A stretch of 64,000 bases of DNA from a bacterium (lineage in GTDB: Bacteria; Zhuqueibacterota; Zhuqueibacteria; Residuimicrobiales; Krinioviventaceae). This document shows positions 48,741 through 58,235 of this stretch, one piece after another (positions within the stretch are counted from its first letter, which is position 1; each line of letters opens with the position of its first letter). The notes beneath the pieces are model-generated. The model did no database searches and had not been told where the DNA came from. It saw nothing but the letters and a program-made list of their open reading frames with translations. The stretch covers positions 64,001 to 128,000 of the forward strand of contig CAXXFV010000003.1 of the NCBI GenBank assembly GCA_963674595.2. The letters are read 5' to 3'. Position numbers and translations under genes: made by a program.

Positions 48741-48833
48741 AAAAAAACGGACCCATGAGAGACAATGCACTATGGAAGGTAGGTTCGGGATACTCCCTAG
48801 CCTTCGGTTAGTACATGCAGTCAGAGGTCCGTT
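48741..48833 (-). ncRNA. Long structured hairpin followed by a U-tract
   Basis: AACGGACC/GGTCCGTT closing stem, inner ATGYACTA and GAAGG.TAGG/CCTAGCCTTC stems, T7 run on the minus strand. Confidence 0.45.
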
Positions 48834-48836
48834 AAA

Positions 48837-48928
48837 GTCCCAATCCCGCTGTAGAAATCAAGTCTCTTCTTAAAATTGCCGATCTTAAAATGTCTCAATC
48901 TCGGCGGAGCGTAGCGACGCAAGGCCGC
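48837..48928 (-). CRISPR. Cryptic mini-array: 37-nt element, 18-nt spacer, degenerate array-1-like repeat
   Basis: GCGGCC...AGATTGAGAC + ATTTTAAGATCGGCAATT + TTAAGAAGAGACTTGATTTCTACAGCGGGATTGGGAC (24/37 identity to the array 1 repeat). Confidence 0.5.
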
Positions 48929-49002
48929 TTATAATAAGAAATTGCTAATACTTCTCTATTATCTTGGCATTATTCATCAACAACTCCTGAATCTATATTT
49001 CC

Positions 49003-49133
49003 GCCTAACGTTTAGTGTAACCTGTCCGGCGAGAATAATGCAGCCAGCCGGAAAAAGGACAGGTAACACAATTATTGAAACATTTTAAATAACGTACCGG
49101 CGCAAGCCGGTCAGGTTGACACGTATGTTATGT
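49003..49133 (-). repeat. Integron attC site 2
   Basis: Minus strand ACATAAC..TGTCAACCTGACCGGC...GCCGGACAGGTTACA..GTTAGGC with extrahelical bases in the left arm. Confidence 0.85.
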
Positions 49134-49144
49134 GATTTATGTAG

Positions 49145-50113
49145 CTATAAATCAACATCTTTATATATTTCTTTAACTTCTTTAATTGATTTGATTTTCT
49201 CACCCCATTCAGATACAAACTTTTTTCTAAAATGCTCTAACTCATTAGGTCTATAATACTCAATAATCATCCAATATAATTTCAAAATTGTTGATATAGT
49301 CGTTATTAATAAAACATCAGAATTTTTTAAACTTCTAATATGATCTAAATATAGTTTACCTTTACTAATACTTATATGCTCTTGAAATGAAGTTCCATGC
49401 ATCACATTTGAATAATGCCTATAAAATATCTCATATTCTGCTCTACGATTTAGTCTTTCAGCCATATCACAAATTGAACTTGGGCCAGAAAGTTTATACC
49501 AGGGAGCTTCTTGCTTCTTTATTGACTTTTCTTTTTGCTTTTCAAAAGCTAAATTTATTTCTTTGTAATCCTCAGATAGTAAGAAATTATTATAAGTTTC
49601 CAATTCTTTTTTATATAATTCATTATTAATTTTTAATTCTTCAATTATGAATTCATCGAATTTTTCCAAAATCTCTAAAAATTTATCACTTTCGCTAAAA
49701 CCTGTAGTTACTTTTTTAGCCAAATCCATCTCCTGACGTAAGATCCAAACATAATATTGTTTAGACCGAGATTTTGTATTTTTTTCAAATATCCATTCTA
49801 TATATAAACTTGACTCAAATAAGGCTCTTGCTTGAAGTTGAGCTGTAAATATTGCTCCCTTAGCAAATAAAATTTCAATTGAATCAAGCATACTGACAAC
49901 ATGTTTTAAAAGGACTGATAAAATGACTATATCTTCAATTTCACGCTTTGAACTTGAAAAACATCTGGGCATTAAATTAGTACCATAATCAACTAAAGAT
50001 TTTAACAAATAGATTTGGGATTGGAAAAATTTCTTTACATCCTTTTCCACTTTTTCACGATTTAATATATTTTTATATGCATCATCTTTTTCGGGCATAT
50101 TACTAATACTCAA
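49145..50113 (-). CDS. Integron cassette gene, DUF5677/HEPN-like protein
   Basis: QARALFE and Y..YSNVMH motifs; bounded by attC sites. Confidence 0.65.
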   Translation of the reverse strand: MSISNMPEKDDAYKNILNREKVEKDVKKFFQSQIYLLKSLVDYGTNLMPRCFSSSKREIEDIVILSVLLKHVVSMLDSIEILFAKGAIFTAQLQARALFESSLYIEWIFEKNTKSRSKQYYVWILRQEMDLAKKVTTGFSESDKFLEILEKFDEFIIEELKINNELYKKELETYNNFLLSEDYKEINLAFEKQKEKSIKKQEAPWYKLSGPSSICDMAERLNRRAEYEIFYRHYSNVMHGTSFQEHISISKGKLYLDHIRSLKNSDVLLITTISTILKLYWMIIEYYRPNELEHFRKKFVSEWGEKIKSIKEVKEIYKDVDL

Positions 50114-50135
50114 TCAAATATTGATTTTTATTACC

Positions 50136-50270
50136 ACCTAACGTTGCGTTTCACCTGCCAAAGGGCTGAGACGCACGATCGTCAAATCAAAGGCTGAAAT
50201 TCATGAGAGCACTGTCCGATAACAATTACAAACACTGCCCTTTGGTCAGAGTGCAAACGCTTTGTTAGCG
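50136..50270 (-). repeat. Integron attC site 1
   Basis: Minus strand CGCTAAC AAAGC GTTTGCACTCTGACCAAAGGGC...GCCCTTTGGCAGGTGAAACGC AAC GTTAGGT. Confidence 0.88.
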
Positions 50271-50305
50271 TAAAATTCACAAATATATTTAAAAAAGATA
50301 TGTCT

Positions 50306-51565
50306 TCATTTTAAAAAGGTCATTTTGCATACCTTACTAAACTTGTTTTCTACATCAAACTTATAGAAATAGACACCACTACTTACGACCTGACCGTTGA
50401 AATCTGTGCCGTTCCAGATAAAGGAGTGAAAGCCTGTAGCCTGATTTTCAATTCTCCATCGCCTGACTAGTTTTCCATAAATATCGTAAATTGAAAGAGT
50501 CACATTATTCACTATCTTTAGAACATAGCAGATATGTGTGGTAGAGTTGAAAGGATTCGGGTAATTAGCATAAAGGCGAAATTGATTGGATTTACTGATC
50601 GGATGTTTATCTTCAATCGTTGTGTGTGTATTCCTATGAATCAATGTAAAATTTCTTGTATAATTCGGATTTAAATAGCCATAAAAAAAGCGCGGATTAA
50701 AAGTAATGTTTGAGACAATCCTCCGATAACCGATTCCCTTAACGATAGTATTTCCTATTTGGTACGTTCGCCAATTTGCTCTTACCATAGCTGCAACTTT
50801 ATTCGAGACATTACCTTCTATTGAATGAAGCGTTGTACCACTAATGTTTCTCACCAGTCCGCTATGAGACCTATCAATCCCTGTCGTATTTGAGAATAAT
50901 ACATAATCCCCTGCTTTTGGTTCAAGATGATTGTCATCTCCAATTTGCCAATTTGTATTAATTTCTTCAATCGTCATGAATTGCCAATTTTCATTTCTCC
51001 CGAATCCAGCAACAATCCTATAAACTGTTGACATATTCCAATCTTCAGTACAATTGCCACCGTCTGTTGCACCTCCCCCAAAGGGATCTCCTGCTTGCCA
51101 ATAAACCCAGGAGACGAATTCGCTGCACCAGCCTCCTCCATGCCCATGATACTTGCCCGGTGTGTTCCCATCCGTATTTCCCAACTCGTTTTGTGCAATA
51201 GATACAATTGTCTCACCATTTACTTCGGAGTTGTCTATTACATCAGCAAACTCATACGAACAGGGTATAATGGTATACCTGGTATTATTAGAAATGTTAG
51301 TAAACTCATAAGTTCCGTTTTCATTTGTATAGTTTGTAACAACATTATTATTCCCCAATAACAGGACCTGAATATTTGATATTGGTTGGTTGTTTGTGTC
51401 GCTTATTGTGCCCCCAATGGTTATTACCGAATTTTTTGTCTGGTAATTACATGTGTCTTCATCTGAATAGTATAAATATTGTTCATCTCTTTCCTCAGCC
51501 GATAATGTGGAGAAAACTGAACAGTCAATTATTATTAAACTTAGAACGAATATTATATCTTTCAT
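50306..51565 (-). CDS. Integron cassette gene: secreted CHAP-domain amidase with carboxypeptidase-regulatory-like and sorting domains
   Basis: Signal peptide; WCSEFVSW, PKAGDYV.F, SHSGLV, IEGN; LYANYPNPFN tail. Confidence 0.8.
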   Translation of the reverse strand: MKDIIFVLSLIIIDCSVFSTLSAEERDEQYLYYSDEDTCNYQTKNSVITIGGTISDTNNQPISNIQVLLLGNNNVVTNYTNENGTYEFTNISNNTRYTIIPCSYEFADVIDNSEVNGETIVSIAQNELGNTDGNTPGKYHGHGGGWCSEFVSWVYWQAGDPFGGGATDGGNCTEDWNMSTVYRIVAGFGRNENWQFMTIEEINTNWQIGDDNHLEPKAGDYVLFSNTTGIDRSHSGLVRNISGTTLHSIEGNVSNKVAAMVRANWRTYQIGNTIVKGIGYRRIVSNITFNPRFFYGYLNPNYTRNFTLIHRNTHTTIEDKHPISKSNQFRLYANYPNPFNSTTHICYVLKIVNNVTLSIYDIYGKLVRRWRIENQATGFHSFIWNGTDFNGQVVSSGVYFYKFDVENKFSKVCKMTFLK

Positions 51566-51647
51566 ATTTAATTTATTCCATGATTAAGGCAAAATAGAAT
51601 TTTTATTCAAACCTTCTGTAATTGCTTTTATACTATCACTTTATATA

Positions 51648-51666
51648 CGCTAACATAGTATTTAAC
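51648..51666 (-). other. Putative attI site, downstream of intI
   Basis: GTTAAAT-5 nt-GTTAGCG; GTTAGCG is complementary to the R'' box (CGCTAAC) of attC1. Confidence 0.6.
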
Positions 51667-51819
51667 GAGTTGGATAACTTATTATAGATTGCAAAAGTTT
51701 GTCGTATAATAAAATCCGGCAATCAAATATAAGTTAGATAAAATCAAAAGGTTGTTGCTTAATAATAATGCCTTGAGTTTTATGTTATACGACTTGTATA
51801 ATATAACCTGTTTTACAGG

Positions 51820-52812
51820 CTATAAATCATCAATCGGACTTCGAATGCCTTTCCCACCTTTATTCAGCACATGCGTATATATCATTGTTGTGTTCAAGTT
51901 TTTGTGCCCTAATAATTCCTGAATTGTGCGTATGTCATATCCGGCTTCTAAAAGATGTGTAGCAAATGAATGCCGAAGTGTATGACACCCTATATGTTTT
52001 GCAATACCGGATTTGAGTTTTGCTTCACGCATGGCTCGTTGGATCATCCATTCGCCTTGATGGTGCCGCCGAAGAATTCCGCTCTCAGGATCTTTTGAAA
52101 TATTGGGGGCAGGAAACACCCATTGCCATGCTGTGGATGTTGAGGCATTTGGATATTTTTTATCAAGTGCAAAAGGCAGGGCAACAGTACCATATCCCTG
52201 GGAAATATCTTTTTTATGAAGACGCTTTACTTTTTCAATATGTACTTGAAATTCTTTGATGTATTGTTCGGGCAAAACTGTGATGCGATCTTTGGCACCT
52301 TTTGAATTGTGTACGGTGATTTGCTTGTATCCAAAATCAATATCTTTAATTCGCAATCCAAGGCATTCTCGTTGACGTAAACCCGAACCGTACATTAAAC
52401 CTGCCATTAGTTTTGCTACACCGTTTAAATGTGCAAAGATACTTTTAACTTCCTCACGGGTTAATACAACAGGCAGCTTGACGGGCTTTTTCGCCCATAT
52501 AGTTTTGTCCAATTCCCCAATATTTTTATTGATAATATTTTTAAATAGAAAGATTATTGCACATAATGCTTGATTCTGAGTACTTGCAGACACATTTTCT
52601 TTAACAGCAAGATGCGATAAAAACCGGTTTATTTCTTTCTCGCCCATATCTTTGGGATGTTGTTTATTATGAAACAGCACAAACCGTCGTACCCAAAAAA
52701 CATACGCTTGCTCTGTTTTGCGGGAATAATGCTTTGTGCGCAGCACGGCCTGTAACTGTTCCAGCAGTTTTATTGGTTTGACAACAGGAATGTGATCTTC
52801 AACCAGGTGCAA
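51820..52812 (-). CDS. intI: Integron integrase
   Basis: [32 protein letters not shown], IntI-specific ALDKKYP..WQWVFP..RHH insertion, [23 protein letters not shown]. Confidence 0.95.
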   Translation of the reverse strand: MHLVEDHIPVVKPIKLLEQLQAVLRTKHYSRKTEQAYVFWVRRFVLFHNKQHPKDMGEKEINRFLSHLAVKENVSASTQNQALCAIIFLFKNIINKNIGELDKTIWAKKPVKLPVVLTREEVKSIFAHLNGVAKLMAGLMYGSGLRQRECLGLRIKDIDFGYKQITVHNSKGAKDRITVLPEQYIKEFQVHIEKVKRLHKKDISQGYGTVALPFALDKKYPNASTSTAWQWVFPAPNISKDPESGILRRHHQGEWMIQRAMREAKLKSGIAKHIGCHTLRHSFATHLLEAGYDIRTIQELLGHKNLNTTMIYTHVLNKGGKGIRSPIDDL

Positions 52813-52980
52813 TCTCTTCCTCGTGTATGCTTTTGAATCCCATTTTTATGTGTGGTAAATCAGTAAAAGGCATCAGGATTTGCCATGTGCGACCAAATTG
52901 TCCTGTAAAATCGTCCTTTTGTCCGATAATATAATATTACAAACTTTTTATTTTTCCCGCAAGCTGTTTTTAAAAAATTT
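52780..52980 (-). ncRNA. Conserved promoter + putative structured RNA element, copy C (overlaps the intI start)
   Basis: TTGCGG-17-TAATAT promoter; homologous to 13534-13737. Confidence 0.6.
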
Positions 52981-53064
52981 AATCACCCCCTCTATCACAG
53001 AAAAAAGCCCCACATATCTGCATGCAGGGCTGGACAAGCTATTAAATTCTCCACTTTTCACTCG

Positions 53065-53259
53065 TCAATACTTGTAATAAACATCTCTTAAATAACTCAC
53101 AGAAAACCCGGTCTTTCTAGAGACCTCCCGGATTGCATCACTTGCCGGACTTTTAGAGCCACTCTTTTCAAATATTTTACTCATTTTATAAATATGATTT
53201 CTTAATATCGTTAACCGCTTCTTTGTCGATTCTAACTTTGGATTTATTTGTACTGGCAT
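53065..53259 (-). CDS. Small HTH-like protein
   Basis: AIREVSRKTGFSVSYLRDVYY. Confidence 0.5.
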   Translation of the reverse strand: MPVQINPKLESTKKRLTILRNHIYKMSKIFEKSGSKSPASDAIREVSRKTGFSVSYLRDVYYKY

Positions 53260-53280
53260 ATCATTCCTTTCTATTATAAT

Positions 53281-55008
53281 TTATCTGGCCTTTCCAGCTC
53301 TGCTCCACACCATTGATCCCCCTATTGTTCCACCAATTTCTTCACTGATTAAAGAATAAGCTGCGGCATGGAGTAAGTGATCTCCACTAATGGGCTTACT
53401 CCAAACCTGACGATTCGTATTAGGGTCAAAATATCTGACTGGTAATGTAAAATGGTCTAATAACTCACCATCAGATACTTTTCTCCAGTTTCTCGGAAGG
53501 ATAAATCCATCCTGCTCACTTTTTAAAATATTTTTCAAAACACGGTCAAGAGCTTGTGTCCGGTCAAGAGCGATTATTTTATTATCAATATCAACTGTCT
53601 GGTCCTGTAAACTCCCCCCTTTTTTATACCAACACAGCCATACTTTACCAGGTCGGGATGCTTGTAACTCTTTTGCTTTTGTGGTATCATATTCACCGTC
53701 TATTGTACTAACTTCAACATTATACTGATCAATAAGAAAATCCAGGGTATCCCAATCATAAGCTGCTCCACAAGCAACAAGACGTTTTCTTCCATTATAT
53801 CGTTCCCAGATGAAATAGTGATGCCGTCCACCTGGATCAACTCCCATAAAAGTATTATTTCCTGTCGATGGCATGAGATAATCATCTTTACATTTTTCCA
53901 TCAAAGCTTCAGTTATTTTACTTCCCTTGGGAGCAAAAGCACGACCCAGGTTTGAATTGTGAAACAACTGTGTTTTAGTAGTATCTCCCAGCGCTTCCTG
54001 AAATTCATTCCATAGCTCCAAGAGGTCAGTATCAAAACTGATCAACCTTGAAAACCTGTAACCGACTCTTGGTTTATCCGGATATTTGGCAATCCATTCA
54101 CCAACCCATGGTTCAGATATAATCTTTTCACATTTATCACAGATGATTTGAGGTTTTCCATTTTCCTCTCTTATGGGTTTAAAAATCAATCCTTCAGAAT
54201 CAACCTGCCGGACAACATGTTTAAACCAGTCCAGTTCAATGTATTTATTACAATGCTGACACCGGGTCAGGTATCGGGATTGATTGGTAGACCTGTATAA
54301 ACCATCCACACCACAATTCTCAACAGTCGGTCGTGATGAATAGCGGAGCATTTTATATTCAGATGCTTTTAACCGGTCTTTTAACTGGTCCAGATTATCC
54401 ATGTCTGATTCATCATATTCATCAACAAATGCGATATCCACAGGATTTTCGACAAACTCTGTCCTTGAATTCGATCCCACAAACCGCATGGTCCCTTTAC
54501 CATAATGTTTCTGTAGGACACTGTCACTTTCACCCCCTTCATCCAAATGACTTTTGTACAAGGGAACATAACTCAAAAGTTTGTCAATCCGGTCATGTAC
54601 AAAGTTTGATCTCAGGGTCTGGTTCGGCATGACATACAAACCACGTAATCCACTGGAAACATAATGCAAGAGTTCAACCAGCAACCGCTCCGTAATTCCA
54701 ACCTGTACCGGTTTGATGAACACGATAAACTGAGGCATTTCAGTTTTAGGTTTTATACCCTTGGCAATGTCATTGAAAAAGCCAGGCGGTGCATATAAAT
54801 CCTGTAGCCAGTCTCTGTTGATAAATGACATTCTTTTAAAATGCCGGTTTAAATGATGTTCTCTGGCCAAACCAAACACAGGTGCCAAGGTATTAATACT
54901 CTCCCTGAATTTTAATAATTGAGCAGCCGTTAAGGATGTCAAATACTCAGGAGTGACCATTTTCACCCCTGTTCTTGAAAATGGCCAGCTCCTCAGTAAG
55001 AATATCAA
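53281..55008 (-). CDS. terL: Terminase large subunit (GpA-like); true start probably about 54960
   Basis: K..QVGITE, FVDEYD, SRPT, CxxC pairs, MGVDPG nuclease motif, DH..HA..Y. Confidence 0.85.
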   Translation of the reverse strand: MIFLLRSWPFSRTGVKMVTPEYLTSLTAAQLLKFRESINTLAPVFGLAREHHLNRHFKRMSFINRDWLQDLYAPPGFFNDIAKGIKPKTEMPQFIVFIKPVQVGITERLLVELLHYVSSGLRGLYVMPNQTLRSNFVHDRIDKLLSYVPLYKSHLDEGGESDSVLQKHYGKGTMRFVGSNSRTEFVENPVDIAFVDEYDESDMDNLDQLKDRLKASEYKMLRYSSRPTVENCGVDGLYRSTNQSRYLTRCQHCNKYIELDWFKHVVRQVDSEGLIFKPIREENGKPQIICDKCEKIISEPWVGEWIAKYPDKPRVGYRFSRLISFDTDLLELWNEFQEALGDTTKTQLFHNSNLGRAFAPKGSKITEALMEKCKDDYLMPSTGNNTFMGVDPGGRHHYFIWERYNGRKRLVACGAAYDWDTLDFLIDQYNVEVSTIDGEYDTTKAKELQASRPGKVWLCWYKKGGSLQDQTVDIDNKIIALDRTQALDRVLKNILKSEQDGFILPRNWRKVSDGELLDHFTLPVRYFDPNTNRQVWSKPISGDHLLHAAAYSLISEEIGGTIGGSMVWSRAGKAR

Positions 55009-55351
55009 GCGCTCTGTCTTTGGTCATCTCTTTCGTTTCAACAGGACCACCATCAGCACCGGTAATTTCCTGCCTCCGGGAATATCCCCGGTCCTTACCC
55101 TTTGTCGACAGGATAAACTTAATGGCCCACGGCTGAGCATTCAGAGCAGCATCTTCAAGTTTCAGTTCAACTTTGTCAAGGGTTCGTTCTTTTTCTTCTT
55201 CGAAAACAGCTTTTACCGTAGCATACTTTTGTATATAGTTATATATAGTTTTACGCTCACAGCCTAAGGCCATAGCCGCATAAGTAGCATTACCTCGTGT
55301 TTTCCTTAAAGCCCCAATGACCTGTTTTGTCGTAAAAATATTTTCTGCCAT
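54947..55351 (-). CDS. Terminase small subunit-like HTH protein
   Basis: ALRKTRGN.TYAA.ALGC.RKTIY, AIKF.L..KGKDRGY, QEITGADGGP; adjacent to terL. Confidence 0.75.
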   Translation of the reverse strand: MAENIFTTKQVIGALRKTRGNATYAAMALGCERKTIYNYIQKYATVKAVFEEEKERTLDKVELKLEDAALNAQPWAIKFILSTKGKDRGYSRRQEITGADGGPVETKEMTKDRALDILTEELAIFKNRGENGHS

Positions 55352-55404
55352 AAAAAAAAGCCTACCAGTGTGTAAAATGTGTAAAATGTTTAAAGCGTAA
55401 CATG

Positions 55405-56091
55405 TTAATTACTATTCTTTAAAGTTACATATTGGAAGCCATCCGGTCCGCTTCCGATCATTGTCAAATCAGGCCTGAATAACGGAGGTCTCACGACCGA
55501 CGGCTCCCAGGTCGAAAGCTCTTGTTCCTGCGGTATCATCACAATCTTTCCGTTCTGAATATCTGACAAAACTTTTCTAAATAACCTGATTCCCATGGGC
55601 TGTAATTCACGCCGCCATAATGTGGAAGCCGTATCATCTGATCGGATAAAACAAAAGTCATGTGCCGCAATTGGTCCGGCATCAACATTATCTGTCAACC
55701 AATACACCGTACCACCCGTTACTTTTTCATTCATCTTGATGGACCAGTATATAGCATCCCGACCTCGATGCAATGGCAGCAATGAAGGATGAAAACCGAT
55801 CGCTCCAAATCTCGTTTTCAACCGGGTCTTTTTACTGATAAAATCATGGGAATGGGCAGCAATAATCAAATCCACATTATCCGGTAATGATTCAGCATTT
55901 AATTTTCCAGCTTCTACAAGAACGACTTTATCTCTGACTGCAGTATGATAAAGTCTGTCATATTTTCCACTATATGTTGACGGAGCACTGACACCGACAA
56001 TATTATATCCCTGTTCCTTCACCATGTCATAGACCAGTTTCCCAAAATACTTTTGACCTGTAATAAATATATTAATATCCTGTGGATTCAA
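55405..56091 (-). CDS. Formyltransferase (Fmt-like)
   Basis: FHPSLLPLHRG, GGTVYW...VDAGPI. Confidence 0.85.
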   Translation of the reverse strand: MNPQDINIFITGQKYFGKLVYDMVKEQGYNIVGVSAPSTYSGKYDRLYHTAVRDKVVLVEAGKLNAESLPDNVDLIIAAHSHDFISKKTRLKTRFGAIGFHPSLLPLHRGRDAIYWSIKMNEKVTGGTVYWLTDNVDAGPIAAHDFCFIRSDDTASTLWRRELQPMGIRLFRKVLSDIQNGKIVMIPQEQELSTWEPSVVRPPLFRPDLTMIGSGPDGFQYVTLKNSN

Positions 56092-57236
56092 TTTTCACCT
56101 CGGGTTGAATTATCTGTTTGCTTACCAATGTATTTAAAACTTTGAACAGCACGAAAATGCCCACCATATCCGGCACCACGTATGTTCCCTTTGCCGGTTT
56201 TTAAAATACTTTTAATCGAAGAAAGTTTGTTATCACCATATAAGGATGCTTTTTTATGAATCCATAACGGAGATCTTCGTAAATAGCCACACAGTTGCGG
56301 GTGACTGGTATGGAAGAAAGTTGAATACTTTTTAAAACATCTGCCAAAGCCGTCCAGGTGATACTGTCCGATCCAATTTAAAAAGGTTGTTCCGACACCA
56401 GCCCCTTGCCATTCCGGCATAACGACTAACCGAGTCGCCCGATACGCACGAGCCGTAAAAAGCGGACTGACCATGACATGTGAAACAAGCTCACCATCGA
56501 CAGTGCCCACAAAAGCTTCTGCAGCCGGGGGAATCGGTAAATCTAAATAATAATGCGGTTTAAAATACTTCCAGTAACTATAGTCTGTCTTCCTGATTTC
56601 CAGTTCAAATTTTGGTCTTCGCCGAAGACGCCCCCGTTCAAAATTTTTACTTTTCGTATCAAATACCCAATCAGGCTCGAGCCAATCCAAAACATCATAA
56701 TGCGGTGTTAATAAGACACATTTTCCCTTCGGATTTGAGCGACGCCAGGATTTTTGAAAAGCCTGTGCACCTATTTTGGCTATTTGCCTGTCGACAACAC
56801 TGGTGAACTCATCAATAACAACCTGTTCCGGTTTTTCACAAATAATTCTGGCCAAACCAGCCCGAAATTTTTCACCATTACTCAAAACATGAAATGGTCT
56901 CAACCATGAAGGGACATCTCCGAGTCCAACTGCCGCCAAAGCACCTGTGACGTTATCGAATGAACCGTCAGGAATAATACAATCGATAATTGGTTTATCT
57001 GCCGGCCACCCTTCTTCATAATTATGGATCAAATTTTCTTTAAAAATCAATTTGCCGATGGATGTTTTGCCGCTTCCGGACGGACCGACAACAACACCTA
57101 TATTCCAACTGTCTTCTACATCAATATCAGCAATCAAATCAAAATTACAACCACTCTCAGCATTAAATAAACTCTTAACACGAGCAGCCCTGTAACTCGA
57201 AAAATCCGAACATTTATTATGGACTTCTATTTTCAT
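56088..57236 (-). CDS. ABC-type ATPase fused to a GNAT acetyltransferase
   Basis: GPSGSGKT, LSNGEKFR, IDEFTSVVDR; RLVVMPEWQGAGVG. Confidence 0.85.
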   Translation of the reverse strand: MKIEVHNKCSDFSSYRAARVKSLFNAESGCNFDLIADIDVEDSWNIGVVVGPSGSGKTSIGKLIFKENLIHNYEEGWPADKPIIDCIIPDGSFDNVTGALAAVGLGDVPSWLRPFHVLSNGEKFRAGLARIICEKPEQVVIDEFTSVVDRQIAKIGAQAFQKSWRRSNPKGKCVLLTPHYDVLDWLEPDWVFDTKSKNFERGRLRRRPKFELEIRKTDYSYWKYFKPHYYLDLPIPPAAEAFVGTVDGELVSHVMVSPLFTARAYRATRLVVMPEWQGAGVGTTFLNWIGQYHLDGFGRCFKKYSTFFHTSHPQLCGYLRRSPLWIHKKASLYGDNKLSSIKSILKTGKGNIRGAGYGGHFRAVQSFKYIGKQTDNSTRGEN

Positions 57237-57796
57237 ACAGTCACCACCTTACACGTATATCCTTGTTCCATTAATTCATTATAGACCCGTTCCTGCTGTT
57301 CTTCACTATCACACATCACAATGACGCCAAACTGCTGTTTGTAGTGAATGCCTTCCTCACTACTTGAATCCGGGGTATCATCTGAAATTTCTTCCTGATT
57401 ATGGGATAGTTCTTTTAAAAGTTTATTGATATCTTCATCCTCTGATTGAACTTTATCCAACAAGTCAGTTAAAAGCTTTTCATCTGTTTCCGCTAAAGCA
57501 GATATCGGGTCAAAAACAGACAGAGCAAGCATTTCCTCCTCTTGAGTAAGGTCTACATATTTTACAGGGACCTGTGTCTCTTTGTTTTTCATAGCAAGTG
57601 TGACTCGCAAATGACCATCTATTAAATGTCCGGTTTGTTTATTTATTATAACGTCCTGAATCCAACCTATCTCTTTTAATAAACCCTGTAAAACATCCTG
57701 CTGAAACTTGGGATGAATACGATAATTAAAAGGATTTGATAAAATGTTAATCGGGTTTTCCTCTCCGCTTCCGATTATTCTGTTCTGCCACTTCAT
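57233..57796 (-). CDS. ParB/Srx-like N-terminal domain protein
   Basis: NP.NYRIHP..Q, IGW...VIIN, LIDGHLR. Confidence 0.75.
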   Translation of the reverse strand: MKWQNRIIGSGEENPINILSNPFNYRIHPKFQQDVLQGLLKEIGWIQDVIINKQTGHLIDGHLRVTLAMKNKETQVPVKYVDLTQEEEMLALSVFDPISALAETDEKLLTDLLDKVQSEDEDINKLLKELSHNQEEISDDTPDSSSEEGIHYKQQFGVIVMCDSEEQQERVYNELMEQGYTCKVVTV

Positions 57797-57906
57797 AGCA
57801 CCTCCAGGCTTTCAGAGATTTAGTAATATTGTTAGTTATCGTCTATCTCTGCGCCCTCCCGATCCATAGGTTTATTTTATCCGTCAGTAATGCATGTCAA
57901 TTCTCC

Positions 57907-58227
57907 TTATACTCCTAATGGTAAACATAATTGATGGCGTTCTCGACGAGCCTTTGCGTTTCGTGCTCTCATTTTAGCGTCATGCCCGTTATGACATTTT
58001 TGACAAAGAGCCGCCAAGTTTAATAGCTGATGTGGTCTTTCAATTCCCTCATGAATATGGGCCGTTGTCAGTACGACATGAGAACCGGTAACAGGATGTG
58101 GAGTATAATTTTCAACTCCACACCATTCACACCTGCTACTTGCTCTGACAAAACGAACAAAACGAGATCGTATTTTCCAGTCATCAGGGTACCAATTTTT
58201 ATTTTCCGGTAATATTGGCAAAGACAA
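57907..58227 (-). CDS. HNH endonuclease-like protein
   Basis: CEWC, VLTTAH, NL.ALCQKCHN. Confidence 0.8.
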   Translation of the reverse strand: MSLPILPENKNWYPDDWKIRSRFVRFVRASSRCEWCGVENYTPHPVTGSHVVLTTAHIHEGIERPHQLLNLAALCQKCHNGHDAKMRARNAKARRERHQLCLPLGV

Positions 58228-58235
58228 CCCTTTTT

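Noticed and set aside
52870-52895. GGTCGCACATGGCAAATCC (minus strand) resembling the start of a c-di-GMP-I riboswitch
   Set aside because: No GNRA/receptor or second stem motif, and not conserved in the other two copies
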